A stretch of DNA of 64,000 nt from Escherichia coli (GCF_024700885.2 NZ_CP117016.1), one strand, 5' to 3'. Positions 25,939-35,748 are shown, numbered from the stretch's first letter. The notes: generated by a model from the letters alone, not told the origin. Numbers and translations are program-made.

Positions 25939-27591
25939 TTAATGTCCCGCAGGGCAACTGGCGCAGCGGTGTTGCTGCTCAAACTGACTAAAGAAATTAT
26001 TGCCTTTATCATCTACCAGGATGAATGCGGGTAAATTTTCCACTTCCATCATCCACACCGCTTCCATACCCAGCTCCGGGTATTCCAGGCAACGCAGACT
26101 TTTGACATATTCTTGCGCCAGTAACGCAGCTGCACCGCCAATACTTCCCAGATTGAAGCCGCCATGTTTGTGACAGGCATCGGTGACCTGCTGGCTGCGG
26201 TTACCTTTCGATAACATCACCAGACTGCCGCCAGCCGCCTGGAAGGTATCGACATAACCGTCCATTCGTCCACCCGTGGTTGGACCCAGTGAACCGCAGG
26301 CCATGTTCTCCGGTGTTTTCGCCGGGCCAGCGTAATAGACAATATGATGCTTCAGGTAATCCGGCATCGATTCGCCGCTATCCAGCCGCGCTTTTATTTT
26401 GGCATGGGCGATATCGCGCGCCACTACGATGGGACCACTTAACGACACGCGGGTGCCTACCGGTAATCTGGCGAGATCCTGCATCACGTCACGCAACGGA
26501 CGGTTTAGATCCAGCTGTACATGTTGCGCGTGATTTTCTTCCCGCAGTGAGGCTGGAATATATTGCCCCGGATTGTGTTCGAGTTTTTCCAGCCAGATAC
26601 CGTGTTTGTTAATTTTTGCTTTGATATTGCGATCGGCAGAACAGGAGAGCGCCATAGCTATCGGGCAAGAGCCACCGTGACGCGGCAGACGAATGACGCG
26701 AATATCATGAGCGAAATATTTACCCCCAAATTGCGCACCAATACCAAATTGCTGACTGGCGTTGAGCAACGCTTTTTCCAACTCAATATCACGGAATGCT
26801 TGTCCCTGCTCGTTTCCGCTGGTGGGCAAATTGTCGTAATATTTCGTTGAGGCCAGCTTGGCAACTTTTAAGGTTTGATCGGCTGAAAGCCCTCCGACGA
26901 CAAAGGCGATGTGATAAGGCGGGCAGGCAGCGGTGCCCAGCGATTTCATTTTTTCGATTAAAAATGCGGTCAGTTTTTCTGGTTGCAATAGGGATTTTGT
27001 TTCCTGATAAAGCGCGGCTTTATTGGCAGAGCCCCCCCCTTTATTAATACAGAGAAAATGGTACTCATCACCAGCGACGGCGCTGATATCAATCTGCGCC
27101 GGTAGATTGGTTTGCGTATTGACTTCGGTATACATATCCAGTGGCGCATTTTGTGAAAAGCGCAGATTATTTTCCTGAAAAGTGGTGTAAATGCCTTTGC
27201 TTAAGGCTTCGGCGTCGTTACCTCCGGTCCATATCTGTTGCCCTTTACTGGCAACAATAGTTGCGGTGCCGGTATCCTGACAGTTGGGTAATACCCCTTT
27301 TGCTGAGACTTCAGCATTACGTAATAACTGCAACGCAACGTATTTATCATTACTGCTGGCCTGCGGATCGTTAAGAATGCTGGCGACCTGTTGCAAATGA
27401 GCGGAACGTAAGAAAAAAGAGGCTTCATAAAATGCCTGCCGGGCAAGCAGCGTTAATGCTTCAGGAGCGATTTTTATCACTTCTTCGCCGTCTAATTCCG
27501 TTACTGTAATATGTTGATCGCTAATTAATGTATATTCTGTACCGTCTTTATTTTGTAGATACGGTTCTTGCCAGATAAATGGTTTGGACAT
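25939..27591 (-). CDS. fumD: Class I (FumA/FumB-like) fumarate hydratase family protein, probable mesaconase, 550 aa
   Basis: FumA-sized single polypeptide of the Fe-S hydro-lyase family; location in the glutamate mutase/methylaspartase cluster corresponds to the mesaconase/fumarase FumD described for E. coli O157:H7 (from memory). Confidence 0.8.
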   Translation of the reverse strand: MSKPFIWQEPYLQNKDGTEYTLISDQHITVTELDGEEVIKIAPEALTLLARQAFYEASFFLRSAHLQQVASILNDPQASSNDKYVALQLLRNAEVSAKGVLPNCQDTGTATIVASKGQQIWTGGNDAEALSKGIYTTFQENNLRFSQNAPLDMYTEVNTQTNLPAQIDISAVAGDEYHFLCINKGGGSANKAALYQETKSLLQPEKLTAFLIEKMKSLGTAACPPYHIAFVVGGLSADQTLKVAKLASTKYYDNLPTSGNEQGQAFRDIELEKALLNASQQFGIGAQFGGKYFAHDIRVIRLPRHGGSCPIAMALSCSADRNIKAKINKHGIWLEKLEHNPGQYIPASLREENHAQHVQLDLNRPLRDVMQDLARLPVGTRVSLSGPIVVARDIAHAKIKARLDSGESMPDYLKHHIVYYAGPAKTPENMACGSLGPTTGGRMDGYVDTFQAAGGSLVMLSKGNRSQQVTDACHKHGGFNLGSIGGAAALLAQEYVKSLRCLEYPELGMEAVWMMEVENLPAFILVDDKGNNFFSQFEQQHRCASCPAGH

Positions 27592-27698
27592 ATTTCACTT
27601 TTCACCTTAAACGTTAGTGTTACTTAATTGCCGTCTAACTTCATGATCCGGCTTATAAAAATGCGTAGTCATTGGCTTCTGATTGCTTAAGATCCCCC

Positions 27699-28979
27699 TC
27701 AGGGCAGAGCAACGTTCGATTCATTGGGTTTTAATGCTTTACCCCGACAACCCTCGCCGAAATGTTCGCCTTCCCACCGACTCACCAACGCAGCGCCCAT
27801 TGCGTTGCTCATGACGTTTGTCGCGGAACGCCCCATATCAAGGAACGGATCAACGCCCATCAGCAAGATCAGCCCCGCTTCCGGAATATTGAACTGGTTG
27901 AGCGTGGCGGCGATAACCACCATTGAGGCGCGTGGTACGCCAGCCATTCCTTTCGAGGTCAACATCAGGATCAACAGCATGGTGATTTGCTCACCGATGG
28001 ATAAATGGATATTGCAGGCCTGGGCGATGAAAACTGTGGCGAAGGAGCAGTAGGCCATTGATCCAACGAGATTAAATGAGTAGCCAATGGGTAAGACAAA
28101 GCTGGCAATTTTGGGGGAAACGCCAAATTGCTCCAGTTTTTCAAGCGTTCCCGGAAAAGCAGCTTCAGAACTGGATGTGGTAAATGCCAGCAGGGCGGGT
28201 TCCGAAAGGGCACGGGTCAGGCGTCTGATGCAGGGGCCGACATAAACGATGGCCAGACCGATAAGCAGCACCCAAAGTAACAACATGGTGAAATAAAATT
28301 CACCCATAAAGATCCCGGCGCTCACCATAACTGCCAGTCCTCGTTCAGCAATCAATGCTGAAATAGCGGCGAATACGGTCAGGGGAGCGAAGAGCATGAC
28401 GTAGCCAGTGAGCTTTAACATGGCATGTGCCAGCGAATCTAAGGCGTGAACGATGGCGCTGCCTTTCTCACCAATCGCCGTCAGGCTACAGCCGAGGAAA
28501 ATTGAGAACACCACGATTTGCAAAATTTCATTGTGCGCCATGGCATCGACAATGCTGGTGGGGAAAGCATGCGAAATAAATACTTTTAGCGTAAAGGGTT
28601 CTGACGCGACCACTCCGGTGGTTTCGGCACCGTGTGCAACAAAATTAATTCCTGTGCCTGGCATGAAGAAATTTACCGTTATCAAGCCTAAGGCAATTGA
28701 CAGCAATGAGGCGCAAATAAATAAAAAGAGTGTTTTAGAAAAAATACGACCAAGGGCTTTGGCATCGCCCATTTTAGCAATACCTACCACCAGGGTAGAG
28801 ACCACTAACGGAGCGATAATCATTTTTATCAGTCGTAAGAAAATCGTCGTGAATATCGATATTTCTTGCGCATAGAGTTTTGCTGTTTCCGGTGAAGCAG
28901 TGTTATTGATCACTACGCCGATAATCATTCCAAGTACCAGCGCCAAAAGAATCATCGTGGTTAAACTTATTTTCTTCAT
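27699..28979 (-). CDS. Dicarboxylate/amino acid:cation symporter (DAACS, GltP/DctA-like) family transporter, about 426 aa
   Basis: Multi-pass hydrophobic ORF with the family-typical N-terminus; start placed at MKKISL (ATG at 28979), preceded by GGAGGA 7 nt upstream; the ORF-track start at 29000 is a GTG. Confidence 0.8.
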   Translation of the reverse strand: MKKISLTTMILLALVLGMIIGVVINNTASPETAKLYAQEISIFTTIFLRLIKMIIAPLVVSTLVVGIAKMGDAKALGRIFSKTLFLFICASLLSIALGLITVNFFMPGTGINFVAHGAETTGVVASEPFTLKVFISHAFPTSIVDAMAHNEILQIVVFSIFLGCSLTAIGEKGSAIVHALDSLAHAMLKLTGYVMLFAPLTVFAAISALIAERGLAVMVSAGIFMGEFYFTMLLLWVLLIGLAIVYVGPCIRRLTRALSEPALLAFTTSSSEAAFPGTLEKLEQFGVSPKIASFVLPIGYSFNLVGSMAYCSFATVFIAQACNIHLSIGEQITMLLILMLTSKGMAGVPRASMVVIAATLNQFNIPEAGLILLMGVDPFLDMGRSATNVMSNAMGAALVSRWEGEHFGEGCRGKALKPNESNVALP

Positions 28980-29139
28980 TTTTTCCTCCATCAGGTGCAC
29001 GGCGATAAATCAGAATCAGGAGAAGTAGATGCCCGAATAAAAATTCAGGCATCTACCTGCTATTACAACCTTACAAATAGCTGAAGTGTTGAACTGCAAT
29101 AAGTGACGGGATGTCAGTTGGCTAAAAGTGTTCGGATTT

Positions 29140-29457
29140 TTACAAATCGAAACTCATATTTAATAAAGGTGCATGTTGCTGTGCACCATAGACATCATTG
29201 TCACCTACATTCCCGGAGATAATATCTCGTGGCATGACGATTTTTACTGCGTTAGAAGGATCAAACCAGACAATACGATGAATAAAGTCAGGTTCAACAT
29301 GATATAAGCGCGCGATCAGTTCTGGGGTTAATTGCCCTGATGATTTAACTCGCTCATAGTTTTCTTTGGTTTTAAATAAAATATCTAAAACCAGTTCGTA
29401 AGGTCCGGCATTTTTCGAACGAATGACTTGCGCCAGTGAGACAATTGACTGTTTCAT
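29140..29457 (-). CDS. DUF4387-like small protein, 105 aa
   Basis: Small soluble ORF whose start overlaps the stop of the upstream DUF1446-like gene by 4 nt; family assignment from recollection of the DUF1446/DUF4387 pair. Confidence 0.6.
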   Translation of the reverse strand: MKQSIVSLAQVIRSKNAGPYELVLDILFKTKENYERVKSSGQLTPELIARLYHVEPDFIHRIVWFDPSNAVKIVMPRDIISGNVGDNDVYGAQQHAPLLNMSFDL

Positions 29458-30824
29458 GCCTGAACTCCTTCTGGCGTCACCTGTTCAATATGGAAATCAA
29501 AACGCAGAGCGTCGTTGGCTTCAATCAGGTGATATATGGAAAATTCGTATACCGGCCCGCCCTGAATATCAGAAGGGGAGAACGGGAATGCCAGGTTGCC
29601 TGCGGTAGCGATGCGGTTTTCATAGCCGTAGTGCAGCATAGTAGAGCGCACCAGCGAGCAAACGCTATTGGCAATATCCTGGGTCGGTGCAACTACATCA
29701 AGGACAATCCCCAGCTCATGCCCGGCAGTTTGCATCGGTTCATGGTCGCCCATCACCCCGTTTTTGCCGTACAGGTGGAAATTGATGCGAATGCTGTCAT
29801 CGTCGAGCGACAGGTTACGCGAAACGCTGGTTTTGACTTCATCGATGATTTTATCGATCCCGGCGATCATGATCGGGTCGCGCGTTCCGGCGATGGTCAG
29901 ACAGCGGAAGCCCACCCGTCGCGCACCTTCCAGTTTCAGGGCATACGGCGTTTCTTCATGCTTAGAACCGCTGACGTACACTTCGCCGTCATTGACCGCT
30001 TTAAATGTGCAGCCTTTCAGGTTCAACACGCCGCCAGGTCCTGGCAGGAAGTAGGGATCGGATTTCTCATACAGTGTGTGTGCAGCTGCTGACGTTTCGG
30101 TAAATTTACGCTTCGGATTAAATGTCTTCAGCGTAAAGCCGTTGTCATCAATGATGCCCATCGCACAGTCAGAGCCTGAGCCGGGCGTTGCGGCGATTGC
30201 CGCGCATTCAAGGATTTTCCCACAATGCAGCGCCAGACCTTCATCAAAGCCTTGCATGATCGGTAGCGCAGCAAAGCAGGCCGGGTCGTAAGCGCGCCCG
30301 CCCAGCACCACTTGCGCGCCTTCTTTCAGCGCCTGCTGGAAGGGTTCGATGCCCATTTGCGCGACGATATACGTACTTTCGTCAATCGCGTCGTGGGTTA
30401 ACGGCGGGACAAAATCCAGCGCCGTGATTTTGCCGTTATCCAGCGCCTGGTGGACGATGGCTTTGTCAACGTCTGCCGGGATCAGCGCCATCGAGAACGA
30501 GAGGTGCTCTTCCCGGGCAATCTCATGAATTATTTCTCGGCACCACTCCAGGTGTGGAGCGGCACCAGAACCGCCGGCCGTTCCGATCACCACCGGTATA
30601 TTATTTTGCACGCCTGCGGTGATCATATAGCGCAGATCGCGCTTGACCCCTGCGCGATCGGTAAACGGTTTGCCCGCCCCGAGGTAGTGGGGGCCAGGAT
30701 CGGAAGAGCCAGCATCAACGGCGATCAGATCGGGCGATTCTGCCATCGCTTTGCGGAAGCTCTCCTCCGGGAATCCATACCCGAGGATTGCCGTAGGCGA
30801 TAAGACTTTAAAAGAACGAGCCAT
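29454..30824 (-). CDS. AtuA-like (DUF1446) family protein, 456 aa
   Basis: About 450-aa soluble ORF resembling acyclic-terpene-utilisation AtuA-like proteins (my recollection); 3 nt downstream of the methylaspartase gene in the same operon. Confidence 0.6.
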   Translation of the reverse strand: MARSFKVLSPTAILGYGFPEESFRKAMAESPDLIAVDAGSSDPGPHYLGAGKPFTDRAGVKRDLRYMITAGVQNNIPVVIGTAGGSGAAPHLEWCREIIHEIAREEHLSFSMALIPADVDKAIVHQALDNGKITALDFVPPLTHDAIDESTYIVAQMGIEPFQQALKEGAQVVLGGRAYDPACFAALPIMQGFDEGLALHCGKILECAAIAATPGSGSDCAMGIIDDNGFTLKTFNPKRKFTETSAAAHTLYEKSDPYFLPGPGGVLNLKGCTFKAVNDGEVYVSGSKHEETPYALKLEGARRVGFRCLTIAGTRDPIMIAGIDKIIDEVKTSVSRNLSLDDDSIRINFHLYGKNGVMGDHEPMQTAGHELGIVLDVVAPTQDIANSVCSLVRSTMLHYGYENRIATAGNLAFPFSPSDIQGGPVYEFSIYHLIEANDALRFDFHIEQVTPEGVQA

Positions 30825-30827
30825 TTG

Positions 30828-32069
30828 TTAATCCTTAGCCTGCAACAGCGCGATAGTACGATTCATTTCGTTGAAGACGATATCGAGGCCTTCGTCAAAG
30901 CCCATCCCTGGCTTTACCAGCATACGCATAGGGCGAGCGGCAAGGGCGATGTGGACACAGGTGCGGGCACTGACATCAGTTTCATTGCAGGTGCCGCCCT
31001 GGTACGCTTCCATGCTGTGGCTATTGCAGTAAAGAACCGCATCGACGATGTTGTGAATACTGCCCAGATCCGGGGTTTTGATTTGCACCATGTGACAACT
31101 GGCGGCATCAGTAAAATCAACAATATCCTGGTAGGTGTTACACCATTCATCGGCCACAATTTTCACGCCGGAACCGAGGCGCGTCAGCTCTTTGGTAATC
31201 GCGGTCAGCAGGCGAATTTGATCGGGCTTGTTACCGGCATCGACCGGACCTTCAATGTAGAGCGGCAGGCCTTGCGCTTCTTTTTCCAGGCTGGCGATGT
31301 ATTGCGCACAGCGAAGCGGATCCATATCGAAGATCAGACCGATAGTGCCGTATACATCGATGTGCAGGGTAGGGTGGTAGCGTGCGCTGGTGCGCTTGCT
31401 CAGAATACGATCCGACAGCCAGCGGACATATTCGCGCAGTTTTTCACCTTTAAAGCCCAGTTTCTCTTCGACGTTATTAATCAGTGCATGGGGCAGCACG
31501 TCGATGCCCTTAAGGATCATCTTATCGACGGCGATATATCGATCGTCGCCGCTCTGACCAAATAATGGAATGGATTCCGCCACGCGTGGCAACTGCCATT
31601 CATCACAGACCACTTCAGTTTTCAGACGGCCGGTTGCCAGCGCGGTAGCATCAAGCAGCGCCTGTGATAATCCGTAGCGCACGGCGGTATGCAGCAAGTT
31701 GCCGTCAATACGCAATTTGTCGAAGAAACGGGCATTCGGCAGGAAAGCATCTACATCGCGGCCTACCAGTAATGGCTTGATATGGTCGTTGAGGAACGGA
31801 ATAAAGTGCTCTGCGAGGAACAGTGGATCGCGACCACCTGCCCCGGAATACTGTACGGCAGCACAGTCACCTACGGCGACCGCGCCGTTTTCCAGAATCA
31901 ACTGTACCGATACGCACTCCCCGGCCTGACGTACGGCGTTAAACCCCTGTGTTACTGGCTCCCCGGTATAAAAAAAGCCGTCGTGACCCGCTCCGTTTTT
32001 TATCGCCTGCTGGTCATCGAAATAGAATGAGGAGTAGCCAGCGGTGAACAGGGCCTGTTTTATTTTCAT
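30828..32069 (-). CDS. 3-methylaspartate ammonia-lyase (methylaspartase, enolase superfamily), 413 aa
   Basis: N-terminus MKIKQALFTAGYSSFYFDDQQAIKNGAGHDGFFYTGEPVT and length are typical of methylaspartase; start overlaps the glmE stop. Confidence 0.9.
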   Translation of the reverse strand: MKIKQALFTAGYSSFYFDDQQAIKNGAGHDGFFYTGEPVTQGFNAVRQAGECVSVQLILENGAVAVGDCAAVQYSGAGGRDPLFLAEHFIPFLNDHIKPLLVGRDVDAFLPNARFFDKLRIDGNLLHTAVRYGLSQALLDATALATGRLKTEVVCDEWQLPRVAESIPLFGQSGDDRYIAVDKMILKGIDVLPHALINNVEEKLGFKGEKLREYVRWLSDRILSKRTSARYHPTLHIDVYGTIGLIFDMDPLRCAQYIASLEKEAQGLPLYIEGPVDAGNKPDQIRLLTAITKELTRLGSGVKIVADEWCNTYQDIVDFTDAASCHMVQIKTPDLGSIHNIVDAVLYCNSHSMEAYQGGTCNETDVSARTCVHIALAARPMRMLVKPGMGFDEGLDIVFNEMNRTIALLQAKD

Positions 32070-33514
32070 TATGGTCTTCCTATTAATTTACTGTGGGATA
32101 CAGCATTGATGTCATCTACAACCATCTGGAATGTCGGTTGGCGTCCTTCAAAGCGTGCGCGTTCCGCAACGTAATCGTGGTGGAGGTCGAGAATATCTTT
32201 TGGCAATGGAACGGCTCCGGCTTCCAGTACGCGTATCGCGCCGGTGTTGTCACGGACCGGAAGAATTTTGCCCGCGTTGCAGGCGGCTGGCGCAAACGGC
32301 ACATCCAGTACGCCCGCTTCAAATGCCAGCACCGTACCGCGCGCAATATCACCATTACCCAGTTCGAACACTTTATTCAGTACCGCGCGAACCTCGCTCT
32401 TAATCAGTTCAATTTCCAGTTCAACCGCAGGGCAAGGCGGGAATTTCTGCTCGTTGACCATGTTGAGCATCTGGCGGGAGGCTTTCAGCCCCTGAATGTT
32501 GGCAGCGGCAGTCGGGATGCCCCAGGCTTCGTGCGGACTTTTGGTGATGACTTTGGTGGCACCAGACATCCCCGCGACGGCTGCACCCCAGGAGATAATG
32601 GCGAACGCTTTCGATTCGTCTTCCGGAAAGCCGCCCATCCACTGGTGAAACACGGTACTTAATTCATAGTCGGTATAGCCATAGCTCTGAAAGTATTCGT
32701 GTGCAAGTTCACGCAGAGACTGGATCGCCGCGACATCCTGCGTCAGGCTGCCGACCTGTCCATAACCAACGGTGATAGATTTCACACCCTGTTCCAGCGC
32801 CAGTAATCCTTCGATTATCGCGATAGAGTGCGAGATAAACGGCGGGATCAGCGTACCCGTTAGTGGGCCAAACGGTTCGCGGTTGATGCGGATCCCGTGT
32901 TCTTCATACATCCCCATTAAACGATCGCAGTACTGCCAGTCGCGGATCGATTTTTCCAGCGTTACGCGCTTGGCATACGGAATATTGTAGGAAATGCCGC
33001 CGCCTTCATAACTGGTAAAGCCGCTGGCCATCGAGATTTCAGCCAGCAGACGCGCATCTGGCGTGCCGTGGCGGATCTGTAGCGGTTTTTGCAAAGTTTC
33101 GGTGAGGCGACGGCAAGCTGCGACGCCGTGGTTAACTACCGGTAAACCGTTCAGTTTAGAGGTTCCGGCTTCGATGGATTTTTTAATCCCTACAGCCGCT
33201 TCTTCGTACCGATTCAGACGGGTATATGCATCGATGGTGCTCGGCAGCAGATCGCACTCTTCTTGTGGTGTTTTCAGTAGTTCGATGTGTTCGTCCATCA
33301 GCGCCACGCCTGCGCGCGGTTGGCTAAGAGTTTTACCTTCCTTGTCTGCTTTCAGCAGGGCAAGAGAGAAGCGTTTATGCTCAGGAATGGTTTGTTGGTA
33401 TTTAACGCCATCTTCAAAGTTTTCAACATCCTTGCCGGTTTCCCAGGTTTTCAGTACCTGTTGCCGCTCGGTCATGAATTCGTCATGGGTTAATTTCTTA
33501 TTTCGAAGTTCCAT
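32069..33514 (-). CDS. glmE: Glutamate mutase epsilon (catalytic, E) subunit, 481 aa
   Basis: Length and sequence consistent with methylaspartate mutase E chain; sits between glmL and the methylaspartase gene as in clostridial glmS-glmL-glmE clusters. Confidence 0.88.
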   Translation of the reverse strand: MELRNKKLTHDEFMTERQQVLKTWETGKDVENFEDGVKYQQTIPEHKRFSLALLKADKEGKTLSQPRAGVALMDEHIELLKTPQEECDLLPSTIDAYTRLNRYEEAAVGIKKSIEAGTSKLNGLPVVNHGVAACRRLTETLQKPLQIRHGTPDARLLAEISMASGFTSYEGGGISYNIPYAKRVTLEKSIRDWQYCDRLMGMYEEHGIRINREPFGPLTGTLIPPFISHSIAIIEGLLALEQGVKSITVGYGQVGSLTQDVAAIQSLRELAHEYFQSYGYTDYELSTVFHQWMGGFPEDESKAFAIISWGAAVAGMSGATKVITKSPHEAWGIPTAAANIQGLKASRQMLNMVNEQKFPPCPAVELEIELIKSEVRAVLNKVFELGNGDIARGTVLAFEAGVLDVPFAPAACNAGKILPVRDNTGAIRVLEAGAVPLPKDILDLHHDYVAERARFEGRQPTFQMVVDDINAVSHSKLIGRP

Positions 33515-33749
33515 TGATTGCAGCCTTAATTGTTATAGGGTTAAGCATTGAATACTGGTGCGCGCGGCGGCCAGTGGATCGACTCTGGCGACGTTTGCCA
33601 GCAGTGGTAATAGCCCCCGGGAATCGCGGTAATATTCAAATTCGGTCGGTAAGAGAATGCGTTTACCGTCGTCGTTTAACTCGCGGTATTTCAACCAGTG
33701 ATGCATATCGAACTGACTGGCACGCGAGAGCCATCCGCCGGAACCAACG

Positions 33750-33757
33750 ACTTTACG
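33750..33757. repeat. Target-site duplication (left copy) ACTTTACG
   Basis: 8-bp direct repeat immediately flanking the IS26 left inverted repeat. Confidence 0.85.
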
Positions 33758-34577
33758 GGCACTGTTGCAAATAGTCGGTGGTGATAAACTTATCATCCCC
33801 TTTTGCTGATGGAGCTGCACATGAACCCATTCAAAGGCCGGCATTTTCAGCGTGACATCATTCTGTGGGCCGTACGCTGGTACTGCAAATACGGCATCAG
33901 TTACCGTGAGCTGCAGGAGATGCTGGCTGAACGCGGAGTGAATGTCGATCACTCCACGATTTACCGCTGGGTTCAGCGTTATGCGCCTGAAATGGAAAAA
34001 CGGCTGCGCTGGTACTGGCGTAACCCTTCCGATCTTTGCCCGTGGCACATGGATGAAACCTACGTGAAGGTCAATGGCCGCTGGGCGTATCTGTACCGGG
34101 CCGTCGACAGCCGGGGCCGCACTGTCGATTTTTATCTCTCCTCCCGTCGTAACAGCAAAGCTGCATACCGGTTTCTGGGTAAAATCCTCAACAACGTGAA
34201 GAAGTGGCAGATCCCGCGATTCATCAACACGGATAAAGCGCCCGCCTATGGTCGCGCGCTTGCTCTGCTCAAACGCGAAGGCCGGTGCCCGTCTGACGTT
34301 GAACACCGACAGATTAAGTACCGGAACAACGTGATTGAATGCGATCATGGCAAACTGAAACGGATAATCGGCGCCACGCTGGGATTTAAATCCATGAAGA
34401 CGGCTTACGCCACCATCAAAGGTATTGAGGTGATGCGTGCACTACGCAAAGGCCAGGCCTCAGCATTTTATTATGGTGATCCCCTGGGCGAAATGCGCCT
34501 GGTAAGCAGAGTTTTTGAAATGTAAGGCCTTTGAATAAGACAAAAGGCTGCCTCATCGCTAACTTTGCAACAGTGCC
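33758..34577 (+). mobile_element. IS26 (IS6 family), complete 820-bp copy
   Basis: 14-bp terminal inverted repeats GGCACTGTTGCAAA (33758-33771) and TTTGCAACAGTGCC (34564-34577); internal transposase matches IS26 Tnp as I recall; flanked by 8-bp direct repeats. Confidence 0.93.
33821..34525 (+). CDS. tnpA: IS26 transposase Tnp26 (DDE), 234 aa
   Basis: MNPFKGRHFQRDIILWAVRWYCKYGISYRELQEMLAERGVNVDHSTIYRWVQRYAPEMEK is the canonical IS26 transposase N-terminus (from memory); start placed at the ATG 18 nt inside the ORF-track start. Confidence 0.93.
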   Translation: MNPFKGRHFQRDIILWAVRWYCKYGISYRELQEMLAERGVNVDHSTIYRWVQRYAPEMEKRLRWYWRNPSDLCPWHMDETYVKVNGRWAYLYRAVDSRGRTVDFYLSSRRNSKAAYRFLGKILNNVKKWQIPRFINTDKAPAYGRALALLKREGRCPSDVEHRQIKYRNNVIECDHGKLKRIIGATLGFKSMKTAYATIKGIEVMRALRKGQASAFYYGDPLGEMRLVSRVFEM

Positions 34578-34585
34578 ACTTTACG
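34578..34585. repeat. Target-site duplication (right copy) ACTTTACG
   Basis: 8-bp direct repeat immediately flanking the IS26 right inverted repeat. Confidence 0.85.
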
Positions 34586-35748
34586 CACGGTTGTCAGGTC
34601 ACGTCCCATCTGTAAATCGACATTGCCGACGCAGGTGCAGACCTCTTTTTTGGTGCCCGCATGTCTTTCGGTGGCATAACCCACACACAGTCCGGCCAGG
34701 ACGGTATCGAAATATTTTTCTTCTGCATTCGCGGGTAAGTAGTCGGGATGAGCGACTAGATGGCGGAGGTAATGATAAAAAGCGTCCAGCTGTGCGGGTT
34801 GCTGAGCAAAATTCACATTGACTAACTCTTTCGCACTTTCACCAACCACCATTGCCGAGACGCGCATTCCCAGATCGCCTTCCACCGTCCGTTTCACGAA
34901 GGGTTCCGGTACGCCGTGTAAAACGGTGTCGGGCGAGAGCGTGTTGGCACAGGCGGAATAGACATCGGTGGTTGCGCCACCCATGTCGATCAGCATGAAC
35001 TCTTTCCAGCTGTGATCGACGTTACTGATTGCCTTAACCAGTTCAAAGACCGTCCATGGTGTCGGCATTGGTTCTTCGCCTGTTTTATCAACAATGACAT
35101 CCAACCCTTTCCCTTTAACGATGCGTTTAAGGAATATGTCGCAGATAGCCTGGCGTGCAGCTAAAGGGTTCGGATGGTCAAGATCGGGCAGAACGTTGTC
35201 GACGATGGTCAGGTCTTTATGCCCGAGGATCTCCTGCACCTCGTCCTGAATATCCCGGTTTCCGGCATAAATAATGGCGCAGTCGAGTTTGGATTCTGCC
35301 AACACACGGGCGTTATTCAGTCCGTAGCTTTCTTCTCCGCCATCGGTGCCGCCGGTGAACAAGAGAATATCGGGCTGCGTTTCTTCCAGTGCCTGGATAT
35401 CACGGCGGTTCAGCTTGTAGGCGTAATATTGCGCAATTTTAGCACCCGCAGAGTGAGCGGTTACTTTCGCGGTTTCCAGGGTGATAGAAGGCACCAATCC
35501 CATTGCGGCAACCGCCAGCCCACCTTTGGCAGAGGAGGAATACTTCAATGCAACCTCACCACTGTTTAACAGGGGGAGGGCATTATCTACGTTTAACACC
35601 TGGTCCAGGCTGGAGAAAAACCCCTTCGCCAGATGATGGGTGGTGGTTGGGGTCAGAACGTGGTTAACCAACGTTAACGCGTCCCCCTCCCGGGTGAAGA
35701 GGGCTGCTTTGGTCCACGTCGAACCAATATCGACAGAGACGATTTGCA

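Noticed and set aside
33533-34348. 271-aa ORF spanning the IS26 left end
   Set aside because: Chimeric: its first 197 codons are antisense to the IS26 transposase gene and only the last 74 codons are the genuine glmL 3' fragment, so it is not a real gene.
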